Assembly: GCF_018350175.1 (NCBI RefSeq)
Contig: NC_058368.1
Span: 152,522,001 to 152,586,000, forward strand
Length of the DNA stretch: 64,000 nt
Reading direction: 5' to 3'
DNA from: Felis catus
Taxonomy: Eukaryota
The notes beneath the pieces are model-generated. The model had not been told where the DNA came from and did not search any database. It saw nothing but the letters and a program-made list of their open reading frames with translations. Shown one piece after another: positions 1 through 12,514 of the stretch (position 1 is the first letter of the stretch; each line of letters starts with the position of its first letter). Both the position numbers and the translations under genes were made by a program.

Positions 1-469
1 ACAACTATCTAGGAAGACTCAGAGTCAGCTTAGGAATCAAAATTCATAATATTAAGCTTCCTAAGAGGCAGTCAAGAAAAAACTGTTTTAGAGAACAGCA
101 TACTCTGAAACAGTAACATTCTGATAATAATAAAAGCCTGTTAAACATATGATCGATGAAGTAAAAAATGTAATAGAATGATGAGATGATTTCACTGAGG
201 AAATATTCCAGAACTTAAAGCTTTTAGACAAAAACATGGAAAAATTGGAAAAACATGAAGAATTAACACAATAGATCCATCATATGACTAATAAGAATTC
301 CAGAAACAGCAACAAATGGAGAAGAGGCAGAAAAATATCAAAAACGTAACTGAAGAAATATTCTAAGAACCAAAAAATTAGTACAAGTTTTCAGATTGGT
401 AGGACATGCCTCATACTGAGCAAACTAAAACGGTAAAAGAATCAACTTATCAGTAAGACACTTCATTTT

Positions 470-660
470 TTAAAAATATTTTTAACCTTATTTTGAGGGA
501 GACAGAGCGAGCAGTGGAGGGGCAGAGAGAGAAGGGAAAGAAAATCCCAAGCAGGCTCCAGTACTGTCAGCGCAGAGCCCAACATGGGGCGTGAACTCAC
601 AAACTGGGAGATCATGACCTGAGCGGAAACCCAAGAGTCAGATGGTTAACTGACTGAGCC
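470..660 (-). mobile_element. CanSINE, 5'-truncated
   Basis: Reverse complement of SINE body with (CT)n region and A-tail. Confidence 0.8.
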
Positions 661-1328
661 TCAAACATAAAAACATCAGAACATCAAAAATAAAAAAGGT
701 TAACTTCCAGGGGCACATGGGTGGCTCAGCTCGTTAAGAGTCCAACTCGATTTGGAGTATACCAGATTTTATATGTCTGCTTATGTAATTCAATCTGAAG
801 TACTCCACCTAACCTCTTAAATCTTTTAGCCAAAAATGTTTAACTTGAATTTAAGTAAATCTTAATACATAATTTCTCATGTATAGGAAATTAGGAGATG
901 GAGAAACCACTTAAAAAAAAAAAAAAAGTACCATGGCATCAGACAAATCTGGAGAGTAACACATTCTGTAGGACAAATGGCCACTCTCCTCAACAAGTCA
1001 GTGCATGAAAAAAGGGATTGACCTAGATTAAAAGAGACTTAAAGGACATTACCTCCAAATAGAATGCCTTGTCCTGGATTAAGACATTGGACAAAGCAGC
1101 TGTAAAAGGCATTATGGAGACAATTGTGGAAATTTGAATATGGACAGGAGATTACATGTTCTAAAGAAATTACTAGTAATTTCATCAGGCATTTTAATAA
1201 CATCTTGTCCATTTATGAAAATGTTCTCCTTTTTAGAGAACAAAGTAAAGTATTTGAGGTAAAATGTTCAAAATGTCGGTAATTTACTTTAGCATATAAA
1301 AATCAGTTTAAAAACTTCAAAGGTACTC

Positions 1329-1531
1329 GGGCACCTGGGTGGTTCAGTCCATTAAGCGTCCAACTTTGGCTCAGGTCATGATCTCGCAGTCCATAGGTTC
1401 GAGCCCCGCTTCGGGCTCTGTCCTGACAACTCAGAGCCTGGAGCCTGCTTCAGATTCTGTGTCTCCCTCTCTACCCCTCTCCTGCTCTCTCTGTGCCTCT
1501 CTTAACAATAAACATTAAATTAAAAAAAAAA
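1329..1531 (+). mobile_element. CanSINE (SINEC_Fc2-like)
   Basis: GGGCACCTGGGTGG..GGTTCGAGCCC, CT-rich segment, A-tail, TSD AAAGGTAC. Confidence 0.9.
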
Positions 1532-1666
1532 AAAGGTACAATGTTAAATTCTATAAAGAAAATAAGACAGGGCAATGAGGAGCTAACCACAAGTTGAGTA
1601 CTACAGAACTGAGAAGGTCCATGATAAAGTGACTTTTGAACTGTGATATTAAATGACTGACAGCTG

Positions 1667-2050
1667 TGTCAGTTTAGGTTCTTTGAATTCTAGATGACAA
1701 CATAGAATCAGTCATGAAAGAGACTAGGAAACATCAGTGAAGGATAAAGGTGTGGTAAGCAGAAGGCAGGAGAGTCTTCAAACTACAATACTGTCCTCAC
1801 ACCTGGGAACAGAAAGGGGAAGGAAGGAGAACTGGGTAGGAAGAGCTTCACAGTACAATGCAGTTGTGAGATAATTTCAGGCCACTGAGGAGCCCCAAAG
1901 CAAAAATGGCCCTATAGAGGAGTCTTGGGTTAGGCAGGAATAGTGGAGCTCTAGTATCCATTCTGTACTCAGTCACCAGCTAGACACAGGCTAGGGGAAA
2001 TGTGGCCGCAGTATGAGTGGTCTGAAAACATGGCAACTGAAAGGTTGTAA
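1667..2050. mobile_element. Old MaLR (MLT1H/I-like) LTR fragment
   Basis: Degenerate MLT-type motifs; boundaries approximate. Confidence 0.45.
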
Positions 2051-3829
2051 AAAGCCGTCATGATGGCAATTTTAAGGAGTGGTCAACATGCAGGTGCAAC
2101 TGAGGGAACAACAGGATAAGAACTGAAAAGAAGCAATGGAACTTAGCAATTAACAAGTCTTTGGTGACCTAGTAAAGAAGTGACCTAGTAAGGAAGACCT
2201 TTGATGACCTACTCACACAGAGGGAGATCTGACCAATATACCTTCAATACTGTTGTATAAGCCTGGCAAAGCTCTGACGGGAGAATATACCAAAAAGAGG
2301 AAATGACAAAGGTGCAAAGGCCACAGGTTAGGAACAAGGTTGGCATAATCAAGGACAGGAAAGATTTCAATAAGTTTGATGTATAATTAGAATAGCAGAA
2401 TGGCATAAGAAGTCAGATTGATAAACAGAGTCCTAATTATGTAGAGTCTAGTAGTTCGTGTTGAAGGATAAATTTTATTTCAAGTGTAATGGAAATCCAT
2501 CAGCAGGTTTTAAGCAGTGAATTATTATGATCTGATTTAGGTTTTGGAGCCAAACTTCCTGAAACAATCTATATTCACAGCATCCATTTCCTCATATCTC
2601 ATTTTCTCTCAACCCACAGCAAATCTGACTTACATTCACCTCTCTACTGGAAGTGCTTTTACTAGGTCACCAAAGACTTCTTAATTGCTAGTTCAATTGC
2701 TTCTTTTCAGTTCTCATCCTGTTGTCCCGTCGGTTGTATCTGCATGTTGACCACTCCTTAAAATTGCCATCATGACCACTTTTTACTACTCCTTCCTAGT
2801 TTTCTTTGATGGCTTTTTTTTTATTCATCCCCTGTTTGTTTGTTTGTTTGTTTGTTTTCAAAATGATGTTCTTAATACTTTCATGCTATTCTTAAGCACT
2901 CTCACCTACTAAATTTCAACAATCACATAGTGATGACTCCAAAATTTCTCACATTTTTTCTGATAACCCTGTACTCGCAGTATGAACATAGACTTCCATT
3001 TATGTCATGCATTTCCATTATATGGAAAAGAATATACCAAAACAAAAATAATTATCTTCTTCTAAAATACTTCTTATATGTTCTGCATCCTGGATAATGC
3101 CATTACCAGTCACCCAGTTTATATAACTCCTTGGAATAATATTTAACTCCTCACTATTATCGAAGTATAATTTTCAAAATTTAAACACAGGACTATTATA
3201 AAAATATAGAATGAATATGTTTCTAAGATCTATTTAACTTTTTTAATGAGGAACCCAGCCAGATGATAAAGCTAGTTCACAGAAAAAAGTAGAAAAACTG
3301 AGTATATCTAGGTAGTTCCTGAAGGCATGCTGAGATAGGTTGGCTAAATTACAATGTCATACAAGTCAAAATAAACTGTAGCCTTTGGAGTTGCACTCTC
3401 TACCAAACAAACATGATATGCATCTCTCTAGGGCAAAAATCTACAAGTTAATGTTTTACACAGTCTAAGCCCTAATCAGTAGCAACTAACAAAGGTAAAC
3501 AAACCTCCAAGAGAAATTCTCATTGAGTATAACTTAAATTAAATTAAACAATATTCCAGAATGACATACAGCCATCCTTTGGCATCATGTCCAAGTTTTG
3601 GATGGTTTTTCTTCTATACGATCCCACATCACCATCATGTGGTGATGGATCTATTTAAAGACAAATCTGCCTGACTCCAATGCCTCTATTGTTCCCTGTG
3701 AAAAATGTGAATGGTAGGCAAATTTAAGTAGTGCGCAGAAAATGAGCAGAATTAAGATTTGAGAAAGGCTTCTGGTTTTCATACTTAGTAAAACATAATA
3801 ATTAAGAGAGTATGACATTGGAGAAAAGA

Positions 3830-5110
3830 TAGAAAACTGTATCAATAGAGTAGACCTATTCATACAAACAGTCATTTGATTAATTATAAAGACACCAAGT
3901 CCATGGGGAAAAGACCTTGCAATAAATAGATATCACATAAAAATAAATGAACATTATTCTTTTCTCTCACCAACACAAAAATTAACTTGAGATGGATCAT
4001 AGAATTATATGTGAGAGAAAATCTTATAAAATTTCTAAAAGCAAACATAGGATAATATCTCCATGACTTTGAGACAGATAAGATTTCTTAAACAGGACTT
4101 AAAAAGCATTAATCATAAAAATAAAAACTGATAAGTTGACATCCTCAAAATTAAAAATTTCTGCTCATCAAAGACACCACTAGAAAAGTAAAAAGACGGA
4201 GTGTCTGGATGGCTCATTCAGTTAAGTATCCAATGTCAGGTCAGGTCATTATATCACAGTCCATAGGTTCAAGCCCCATGTTGGGCTCTGTGCTGACAGC
4301 TCAGAGCCTGGAGCCTGCTTCAGATTCTGTGTCTCCCTCTCTCTCAGTCCTTCCCCGCTCGCACTTTGTCTCTTTCTCTTTCTATTTCAAAAATAAACAT
4401 TAAAAAAAATACAATGAAAAGAAGTGAAAGTGTGTAAGAAAACATTTATAACACATATATTTGATAAAACGTTACAAATCAATTATAAAAAGTCTTAAAG
4501 CCCAATAAGAACATTGTATAAAAGATTTGAATTATCAGTTAAAACCACAATGAATGTTATTGCAAACACACCAAAATGGCTAATATTAAAATAAATAAAA
4601 AATTTTTAGAAGATTAACAATATCATATAGTAGCAAAAGATGTGGACCAACTCTTAAAAGATTGCTGATAGGAATGTAAAACGATACATCAGTTTGTAAG
4701 TGTCTATCTCTACAAATGTTAAAAATTCACTTACCTTATGACACAGCAATTTCATTTGTAGGTATGAATCCAAAAGTAGTGGTATATTCCCCCAGAAAAA
4801 CTTACACGAGAATGTTCACTGCAGGTTTATTCATGATGATTCCATTTATATAAAGTTCAACAACTGGCAGAACTAATCAATATTTATATAAATCAGAACA
4901 GTGGGTACCTCTGGGCAGGCAGAAATGGGGTAATAGTGGTGATATTTATTGAAAAAGAACAAAATGGAACTTTAGAGGGTGTTGGAAATGTTCCAAATCT
5001 TGATCTGCATGGTGATTTGAAGGGTGTATGCACATGTAAAAATCATCTAATTGCATACTTAAAATTAATGCACTTTATGCATTTTACTAGGTAACTTATC
5101 CATCAAAAAT
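3830..5110 (+). mobile_element. Old L1M 3' fragment (interrupted by a SINE)
   Basis: Degenerate L1 ORF2 3'/UTR motifs (AAAATTAACTTGAGATGGATCATAGA, AAAATTTCTGCTCATCAAAGACACC). Boundaries approximate. Confidence 0.65.
4198..4409 (+). mobile_element. CanSINE
   Basis: tRNA-derived head, CT-rich segment, AATAAA and A-tail. Confidence 0.9.
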
Positions 5111-5789
5111 ATTAGGTTCTCACAAGGCATTTGGTTGCAATTTTTGTAGAGTTAAGAATAATCGTCAAGATTGTAAAAGGTTAAGGAATGATGAAGCAGT
5201 AAGAATTAACTTCACTTTGAAGAAATTTGTGAAGAGAAGCAGAAAATTAAGGAATTAATAAAGATATTCACAAGTGAAAGAAGGTTGTTTTTAAAATTCT
5301 TTTAGAATAGGAAATGCTTTATTAGAGGAGAAGCCAGTGGAAAGGTACAGGTTGAAGATGGGACTGAGGGAAGAGAAGAGAAAGTTGATAAGACTTGATA
5401 TCTTGGTGTCAAAGGTGGAGAATTATTTAAAGAGAAGAAAGATAAAGAAAAGTAGGGTGAAGGAACTAAATGATTGTGAAATAGAAGATAATTTAGGTTC
5501 TTTCACGGACTTTCTCTCCACCTCCTTAGGAAAATACGAAGTAAGGACATCCAATAAAAGTCAAGAGCTGGGAGGAACGGATGACTGGAGGTAGAGTAGA
5601 GGACTTGATGAAGCCAGTCAGCTGTTTCATTAGATTTAAAATCTCGGCAACTTTACCTTTTGAGTTTCCTCATCCCTAAGATAGGGATTCCACTCACAGA
5701 GTTGTTATGAAGATTAAATTAGCTGATGTATATAAAGTATTCACATATGACAATCAATAAATGTTAGTTCCCCTTTAAAAAGGAGTAGA

Positions 5790-5955
5790 GGGGTGCCTGG
5801 GTGGCTCAGTCCGTTCAGCATCAGACTTAGGCTCAGGTCATGATGTCACGGTTTGTGGTTTCGAGCCCATATCAAACTCTGTGGTGACAGCTTGGAGCCA
5901 GGAGCCTGCTTCATATTCTGTGTCTTCCTCTCTCTCTGCCCCTCCCCCACTCACG

Positions 5956-6023
<68 letters not shown>

Positions 6024-6266
6024 CAAAAATAAATAAACATTAAAAAAAATTAAGGGGTTCCTGGGTGGCTCAGTTGGTTAAGTGTCCGACTTTGGCTCAG
6101 GTCGTGATCTCTCAGTTTGTGAGTTCGAACCCCGCATTGGGCTCTGTGCTGACAGCTCAGAGCCTGGAGCCTGCTTTGGATTCTGTCTCCTTCTCTCTGC
6201 ACTCCCTACCCCCGCTCATGCTCTGTCTGTCTCTGTCTCAAAAATAAATGAACGTTAAAAAAAAAA
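5790..6266 (+). mobile_element. Two head-to-tail CanSINEs (5790-6053 and 6054-6266); the first has an expanded (TG)n(TCTG)n microsatellite
   Basis: Two complete SINE bodies; the second starts directly in the A-tail of the first. Confidence 0.9.
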
Positions 6267-6845
6267 GAGTTGCTGGAAATTACCCTCCACAAAGAGCTTG
6301 AAAAATAGAATCATCTGGAGTCAGAATAAAAACTCAGTGAAGGATAAGGAACCTAGGCACTTCCTTAACATCTGTAGGGGCTAGTGCAAATGAGGTGTCA
6401 TATACCTTATGTATAAATATTTTAAAGTTATAAATCAAGCTAATAAGCTGTTCTGTCCTCCTACTTTGACAAATATAGCTTCATAATGACTGAAGTTTGG
6501 GTTTGAAATTAGAATTCTGAATTCTTGGTGTTCCACGTTGAATCCCGGGAATGTTGGAAGAGCCAGACCAAGTCAAACTTTTCTTTCTTCTTCCAACTCT
6601 GTCCCATACCAGGAGGGGCCTCCATTGTACATGGGTGTATACGCCAGCTTGAAAATCCAAGCTCCACTCCTATTTTTGGCAAATAGCAGCCATCTGGCCA
6701 CTTTTAGGCTTGGGCTGTGTACTCCAATGGCATTGTCTTTGCTATGCAAAAGCCCTAAAGGGAGGCTTAGAGACATTTGGGTGGGGAATTCTGAGGTCCC
6801 AAGTATCTGGAGCTTGGTCTAGAAGGAGTATATGAGCTTTGGGTC

Positions 6846-7616
6846 TATAAGGGAAGAAAAATAATTTTTCCTCTACCCTTCTGAGTTCTTGTCTGAGATC
6901 ACTGTAATAAAAGACAGATTAACAAAAGAAAATCAAACAGAACTTTATTAACATGTTTACCTCTTCTATATGTGGATGATACCCAGGGAAAAACGAGTAA
7001 CTCAGAGAGGGGACTTAGAATTCCAGCTTATTATGGAACGGGTGAAAGACTTGGTAGGGGGAGAAAGTGGGTATGACTAAATGGATCTTTATACCCCTAT
7101 GATCTATCCTTTCCTCGACAGTTTCTGCAGAAAAAAGTGGAAGGATCATTTTGTTGCATTCCTCCATTCTTGTTTTTAAAAGAACAAGTTTTAAAAGTTT
7201 TAAAAGAACAAGCCCTACAAATGGCTTGTATTGAACTTTCATATTTGAATTAAAGATTGTTAAACATGAAAAAAAAATTCCAGCTTATATGGCATCTTCA
7301 ACAAAGAACAGTAAATTTGTGACAGGAGAGTGGAAAGCAAATTTAGGCTTCCAATGGCAGCAAACTGTGGGCAGGTGAATATATGGAAGGAAACTAATGG
7401 AATAAGGTTTGTTTGCAGATTCCTTTAATGCCATCTCTGAGCTAATAAGAGTCTTTTTCTGGTAAAAGGAGAATTTGTATCCTGCCTTTAGGCAGAAAAG
7501 GGGTAGGGTAGAGAGAACCCTTAGTTCTTCTTAGTTTCTTCTTAGTTGCGTTCACTTCAAAATACTTTTTATGTCAAAAAGGCATATTTTGTGGTAGCGT
7601 ATTTTGCCATCCTTCA
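6846..7616. mobile_element. ERV1-type solo LTR (MER34-like) hosting the 7032-7275 retrocopy
   Basis: T(A)TAAGGG...CCTTCA termini with 4-bp flanks GGTC/GGTG. Internal motifs resemble recalled MER34/MER39-class LTRs. Confidence 0.6.
7032..7275 (+). pseudogene. Short 5'-truncated retrocopy of an unidentified mRNA 3' end
   Basis: Perfect 13-bp TSD AATTCCAGCTTAT (7019-7031, 7276-7288), ATTAAA at 7249-7254, A-run from 7269. No resemblance to SINE or L1 tails. Confidence 0.7.
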
Positions 7617-8930
7617 GGTGGATATGTTTCCTAAGGTGCCTGGAACTCTTCACCTCATGTGGAATGCAGTGTAGAAGGGCCAGGGTGGGTTCCAAAGCAT
7701 TGGCCTCTGAGCAATACCTCCTGTGCTCAGAGCTAAGGACCTTACACTCCATTTATTCTTTATAGTGCTTATAGTCGCATTTAGGGCTAGGATTATCCAC
7801 ACTTCCTGCTTCCAGAAGTGAACACAGGTAGACTGCAATACTGCTAACAGGAAAGAGCAAAATATTCAAAACAAAAATATGCTGGAAATATAATGAAAAT
7901 GAAGTAGAGTCTATAAGTCCTTATTAAGAGGCTGCTTTCCACCTAAAAGTAAGCTCTCTAGCCTTTTGAGTTACTTTTATGGATTGATAGCTTTCCTATG
8001 AAGCACTGCATAAAACTGAAGATGATTTATTAATCTCAGGTCTATTCTTCAAATCAAAATATTTAGTAGGTGGCCATGGTCTGGTAACCAGCTTTTGCAA
8101 GCTTTGGTTAAAGATGAATTTTCATAACCTCTTTGTCTGGCCTTACATTTTTTTAAATCAAACAAGTTGTATTTAGATACTCATGTTTATAGATTCATAG
8201 GATGTCTTTGAATACAAATAGTGTCCTTATCACAACAGTCAAAAACAAAGGATTTGGGTTTTTTTTTTTTTGATGAATTCTCATTAGTAATGAGGCACTA
8301 AACATGCTCCTGAATACAATGTAGAGGTGAAAATTAATAGGTTTATTTTTAGCTACCACCTACATACTATAAGCAGACAACATCAAGAGCAAGAAGGAAA
8401 TAATGGTTCCTTTAATAAATCATAATGTTCCTGAAAAATTCTTTTTCCTCCCAGAATCGGGGCATCTAATTATATAAGTGATTACTGTGGCAACAGCTTA
8501 GATATGAAGAGAAAGAGAGGAGGGGGAGAAGGAAAACAGGGAGGGAGGGAGAATGAATTAGGCTATTAAACAAAAAGAAAAAAGTATTTTGACTGAAGAA
8601 CAAAATGTGGGAACTGCTAACTAGAAGAGAAAGGAAACACTGAAAAAGTTATCTTTAAGGCTTAAACCAGTCAATATCTGAACATTAAAGGTAAATTTGT
8701 GAATGTAGATAAAGAAGCTAAAAATCACAATAATAGTTTTCATAAAATAGGCTAAGGAAATACATAAACTCTGCAGGTGGAAATTCCACAGACTATAAAA
8801 TACTATGTACAATAAGAAAATCAACGATTTCATGTTGTATAACATGTTATATGTTTTAATGTTAATGTACTATATGTTATGAATTATGTAATATATACTA
8901 TGTTTCTATATTATAACAGAACCTAGAATA

Positions 8931-9276
8931 CTGTTGACCCTTGAATAACACAGGTTTGAACTCTGGGGTCCACTTTTATGTGGATTTTTTAAAAATAAGT
9001 ACAGTACATACCTTAAATGTATTTTCTGTTCCTTATGTTTTTTTAATAACATTTTCTTTTCTCTAGCTTACTTTATTATAAGAATACAGTATATAATACA
9101 TATAACATATAAAATATGTGTTAATAGATCGTTTATATTGATAAGGTTTCTGGACAACAGAAGGTGATTAGTAGTTAAGTTTTGGGGGAGCCAATAGTTA
9201 AACACCGATTTTTGCCTGCATGGGAGTGGGAGGGATGGTGGTGCCTCTAACTCCTGTGTTGTTCAAGCATCATCTG
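8931..9276. mobile_element. Tigger2a-like non-autonomous TcMar DNA transposon
   Basis: Terminal inverted repeats CTGTTGACCCTTGAATAACAC / GTGTTGTTCAAGCATCATCTG flanked by TA at 8929-8930 and 9277-9278. Confidence 0.8.
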
Positions 9277-9647
9277 TATATGAGAAGACAGCTCATGTAA
9301 AAAGATCTACAAATAGCTTATAAACATATGACTTGTTCAGCTTCTTTAAAAATAAGGTCAGTGCTTACACTGCAGTGAGATACAAATTTTCTCTTGTTAC
9401 ATTTGCAAAGATCTAAGTTTGGAATTACAAACTTACTATGGAGAATGAGCAGGGTTTCCCTAAACATTGTTGATAGATAATTTAGGGCAACCTTTTTGGT
9501 GAGCTTTGGAGATCACATGTATCAAAATTTTAAATCCACATACACTTGAGAAGCACTTCTACTTCTCAAAAAATTACTCTGTAGGTGTACTTGTACATAA
9601 AGTATGTGCAAAGCTATTCGTTACAGCTTATAAAAGAAAAAGATTGG

Positions 9648-9700
9648 TTCACATGGAATCACTGTGAAGAGTAAAATTCAAGCTTTTTAACCCTGAGTCA
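9648..9700 (+). ncRNA. SNORD36B: Truncated, non-functional box C/D snoRNA U36 (SNORD36B-like) remnant
   Basis: C'-like box GTGAAGA (9664-9670); guide CAAGCTTTTTAAC (9679-9691) complementary at 12/13 nt to 18S rRNA GTTAAAAAGCTCG; box D CTGA (9693-9696). No box C is present. It lies 85 nt upstream of a TAG acceptor joined to RPL7A exon sequence. Confidence 0.8.
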
Positions 9701-10230
9701 TAGCTGGGCCCATAGTATAGCTCCTTTTGTGAACCAAGCATCCCTCGTGTAGTCCTTATGCAAGCTGGTTGTGTGTTCTAGGGGCTAATTCTGTCACCGG
9801 CTTGGTGGAAAACAAGAAGGCTCAACTAATAGTGATTGCATATGATGTGGATCCCATGGAGTTGGTTGTCTTCCCGCCTGCCTTATATTGTAAGATGGGG
9901 GTTCCCTACTGTATTATCAAGGGGAAGGCCAGGCTGGGGTATCTGGTCCACAGGAAGACCTGCACCACTGTCATCTTCACACAGGTTAACTCTGAATACA
10001 AAGGAGATCTGGCTAAGCTGGTGGAAGCGATCAGGACCAATTAATTATGACAACAGATATGATGAGATATGCTGTCAATGGGGGGGCAGTGTCCTGGGTC
10101 CAAAGTGAGTGGCTTGCATTGCCAAGCTGGAAAAGGCAAAGGCTAAAACTGGCCACCAAACTGGGCTAAGTGTACGCTATTGAATCTTCTGTACATAAAA
10201 GTAATAAAAGTTGTCTTTCGAAAAAAAGGA
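9648..10230 (+). pseudogene. RPL7A: 5'-truncated, semi-processed RPL7A (eL8) retrocopy: retained intron segment plus spliced 3' exons
   Basis: 9782-10169 encodes degenerate ..[58 protein letters not shown] with frameshifts. AATAAA at 10203, A-rich tail, degenerate TSD 9633-9647 / 10231-10245 (12/15 match). Confidence 0.93.
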
Positions 10231-10281
10231 AGAGAGAAAGATTTGAAAAATACTAACTGTCCATGAACAGATGACAGTTTA

Positions 10282-10470
10282 TTTATTTTTGAGAGAGAGA
10301 CAGAGTGTGAGTGGGGGGAGGGGCAGAGAGGGAGAGAGACAGAATCCAAAGTAGGTCCAGGCTCTGAGCTGTCAGCACAGAGCCCGATGCGGGGCTCAAA
10401 CTCATGAACTGCGAGATTATGACCTGAGCCGAAGTCGGATGTTCAACAGACTGAGCCACCCAGGCACCCC
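10282..10470 (-). mobile_element. CanSINE
   Basis: TSD CAGATGACAGTTTA at 10268-10281 / 10471-10484. Confidence 0.92.
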
Positions 10471-11594
10471 CAGATGACAGTTTAAATACATTAGTTTACA
10501 TCCATAGCATGGAATTATTATAAACCTGTTAAAAAGAATAAAACATACCTATAGATACTATCATGTACTATTTTTGGAATGCATCATTAAATGAGAAAAA
10601 AAGTACAGAGAAGTGTACATATGATCAATTTGAATTTGAAATAACGACAACAACAACAATAATACTAATGGAGATTGCAGCTACTTTACAGTATTAATCC
10701 TCTTCAGCCAAAAAGTACCAAAAATACCTGTAGTTGAACCACGTTTAATTGTTTATTTTTTTTTCTTCCTTCAAACATCATGAGGGTACTCTCTTAAAAA
10801 GAGAGTATGAGAAAAGACTCGGCTTGGGTTGGGTGATTTTGAGGGGTCCAAGGAAGTGAGGACAACTATATCATTGGGTATCTTAACAAATTTTGTCTAC
10901 TGAGAGAGCAGCCTTTAGGAGGATAAAGCTGTAATTGGATAAAGTCTAGGCTCCACCTGGTCTTTGCTGGCAGGGATGGGGGTGGGGCCATAGCTTCTTC
11001 TATAGTAAATTGGTTATTTCCCAAAAGCTTTCTGCCTTTGTCGGCTGCCATTTTCCTGGTCCTTTGGCTCAAAGGAGCAGTTTTTGCTGGGCCCTTTTCT
11101 GTAGGTGCCCATTGGTATTTCCAGGCTTTCTGGCTTCTCTAGCACCAATTCTGGGATATATTCAGAAAAAAGAATACCCAGGGAACTCATCACCATGTTG
11201 TTTGTTCATTGGATCTTGAAGTCTTTAGCTGATATGCTTTCTCATATGTTTGCTTTTTATATTATGCCCAGAATTTTTAGTTATAAATTGGGAAAGTGCA
11301 TCTACTCAATCTTCCTGGAATGGAAATCCCTGGATAGATTTTTTTCCCATAAGCATGGGAAATTTTTTTGCCATAAGCATGAATCATTCATTCAAATAAG
11401 TAAATACATATAGATACAAACTTTGCTTTTTAAGAACTGATCACTGCAGAATCCCTATGAAGAATATAAAGGAAAACAGTGGGATAGAGAGTGGCTGAAG
11501 TAAGAAAAGCTTCTTGGTTAAGGCGGTCAGGGAAAACCTCTCTGTGACACTTGAGCTGGAATAAAAAACCAGTCTTGTAAAGAACTGAAGAAGA

Positions 11595-11812
11595 GGGGCA
11601 CCTGGGTGGCGCAGTCGGTTAAGCGTCCGACTTCACCCAGGTCACGATCTCGTGGTCCGTGAGTTCGAGCCCCGCGTCGGGCTCTGGGCTGATGGCTCAG
11701 AGCCTGGAGCCTGTTTCCGACTCTGTGTCTCCCTCTCTCTCTGCCCCTCCCCCGTTCATGCTCTGTCTCTCTCTGTCCGAAAAATAAATAAACGTTGAAA
11801 AAAAAAAAAAAA
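11595..11812 (+). mobile_element. Young felid CanSINE (SINEC_Fc)
   Basis: CpG-rich near-consensus body, long pure A-tail, perfect TSD AAAGAACTGAAGAAGA. Confidence 0.95.
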
Positions 11813-12514
11813 AAAGAACTGAAGAAGAGAAGAGGAAGAGGAAATGCAAAAGACCTGAAATAGAAATAAGCTTGGCATAATCCAGGAATAGAGGGAATTC
11901 TAGTATCCATGGAATACTGGAGCTGTCATCTCACTTATTGGCATAATGAAAAGAATTAGCCAACATTCATATTGTATCTTCGCTTACTCATCAGTTGCAA
12001 CCATAAGTTAAATACAGATACAAAAGTTTAGCAAAATTCAATGAAAGAATTCTGCAAAAACTGAAATGCCATATGGAATTTACAACAAGGAATATTATGT
12101 ATTTTATTATTTACGTTTGTGCAACATATCCTTTATATTAATAAAAGTTATTCTAGAATGTATGTATGTGTAAATGTGTGTGGGTGTGTGAAGCTTCAAA
12201 GAAAAGTGAAGCCTAGGAATATATTTAAGAGCCATCAGTATTTAAATGGCAGTTAAAGCCGCTTAACCAGATAAAATCAACTAGGAAAAGTGTGTGTAAA
12301 CAAAAATAAAGTGCAAGACCAAATCCTGGGCATGAAAAATGGTATTGCCAGTGTGGTAGAAGGAAAACCAGGAGAAAATGCTGTGCTGGAAACCAAGTAA
12401 GAAGAAGTAGTCAACTAAGTTGGACTTGGAAAAATTGGTAACTTCAACAAGGGCACATTTAATGGAATGTTGATGTCCAAAGCCAGATCGGATGAATTTA
12501 AAATAGACATAGCA

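Noticed and set aside
9648..9700. U36 remnant as a functional snoRNA gene
   Set aside because: Box C and the 5' stem are missing, the D' box is mutated, and it is not in an evident host intron.
11595..11680. tRNA-like A and B boxes as tRNA genes
   Set aside because: They are tRNA-derived SINE heads followed by SINE bodies and A-tails.
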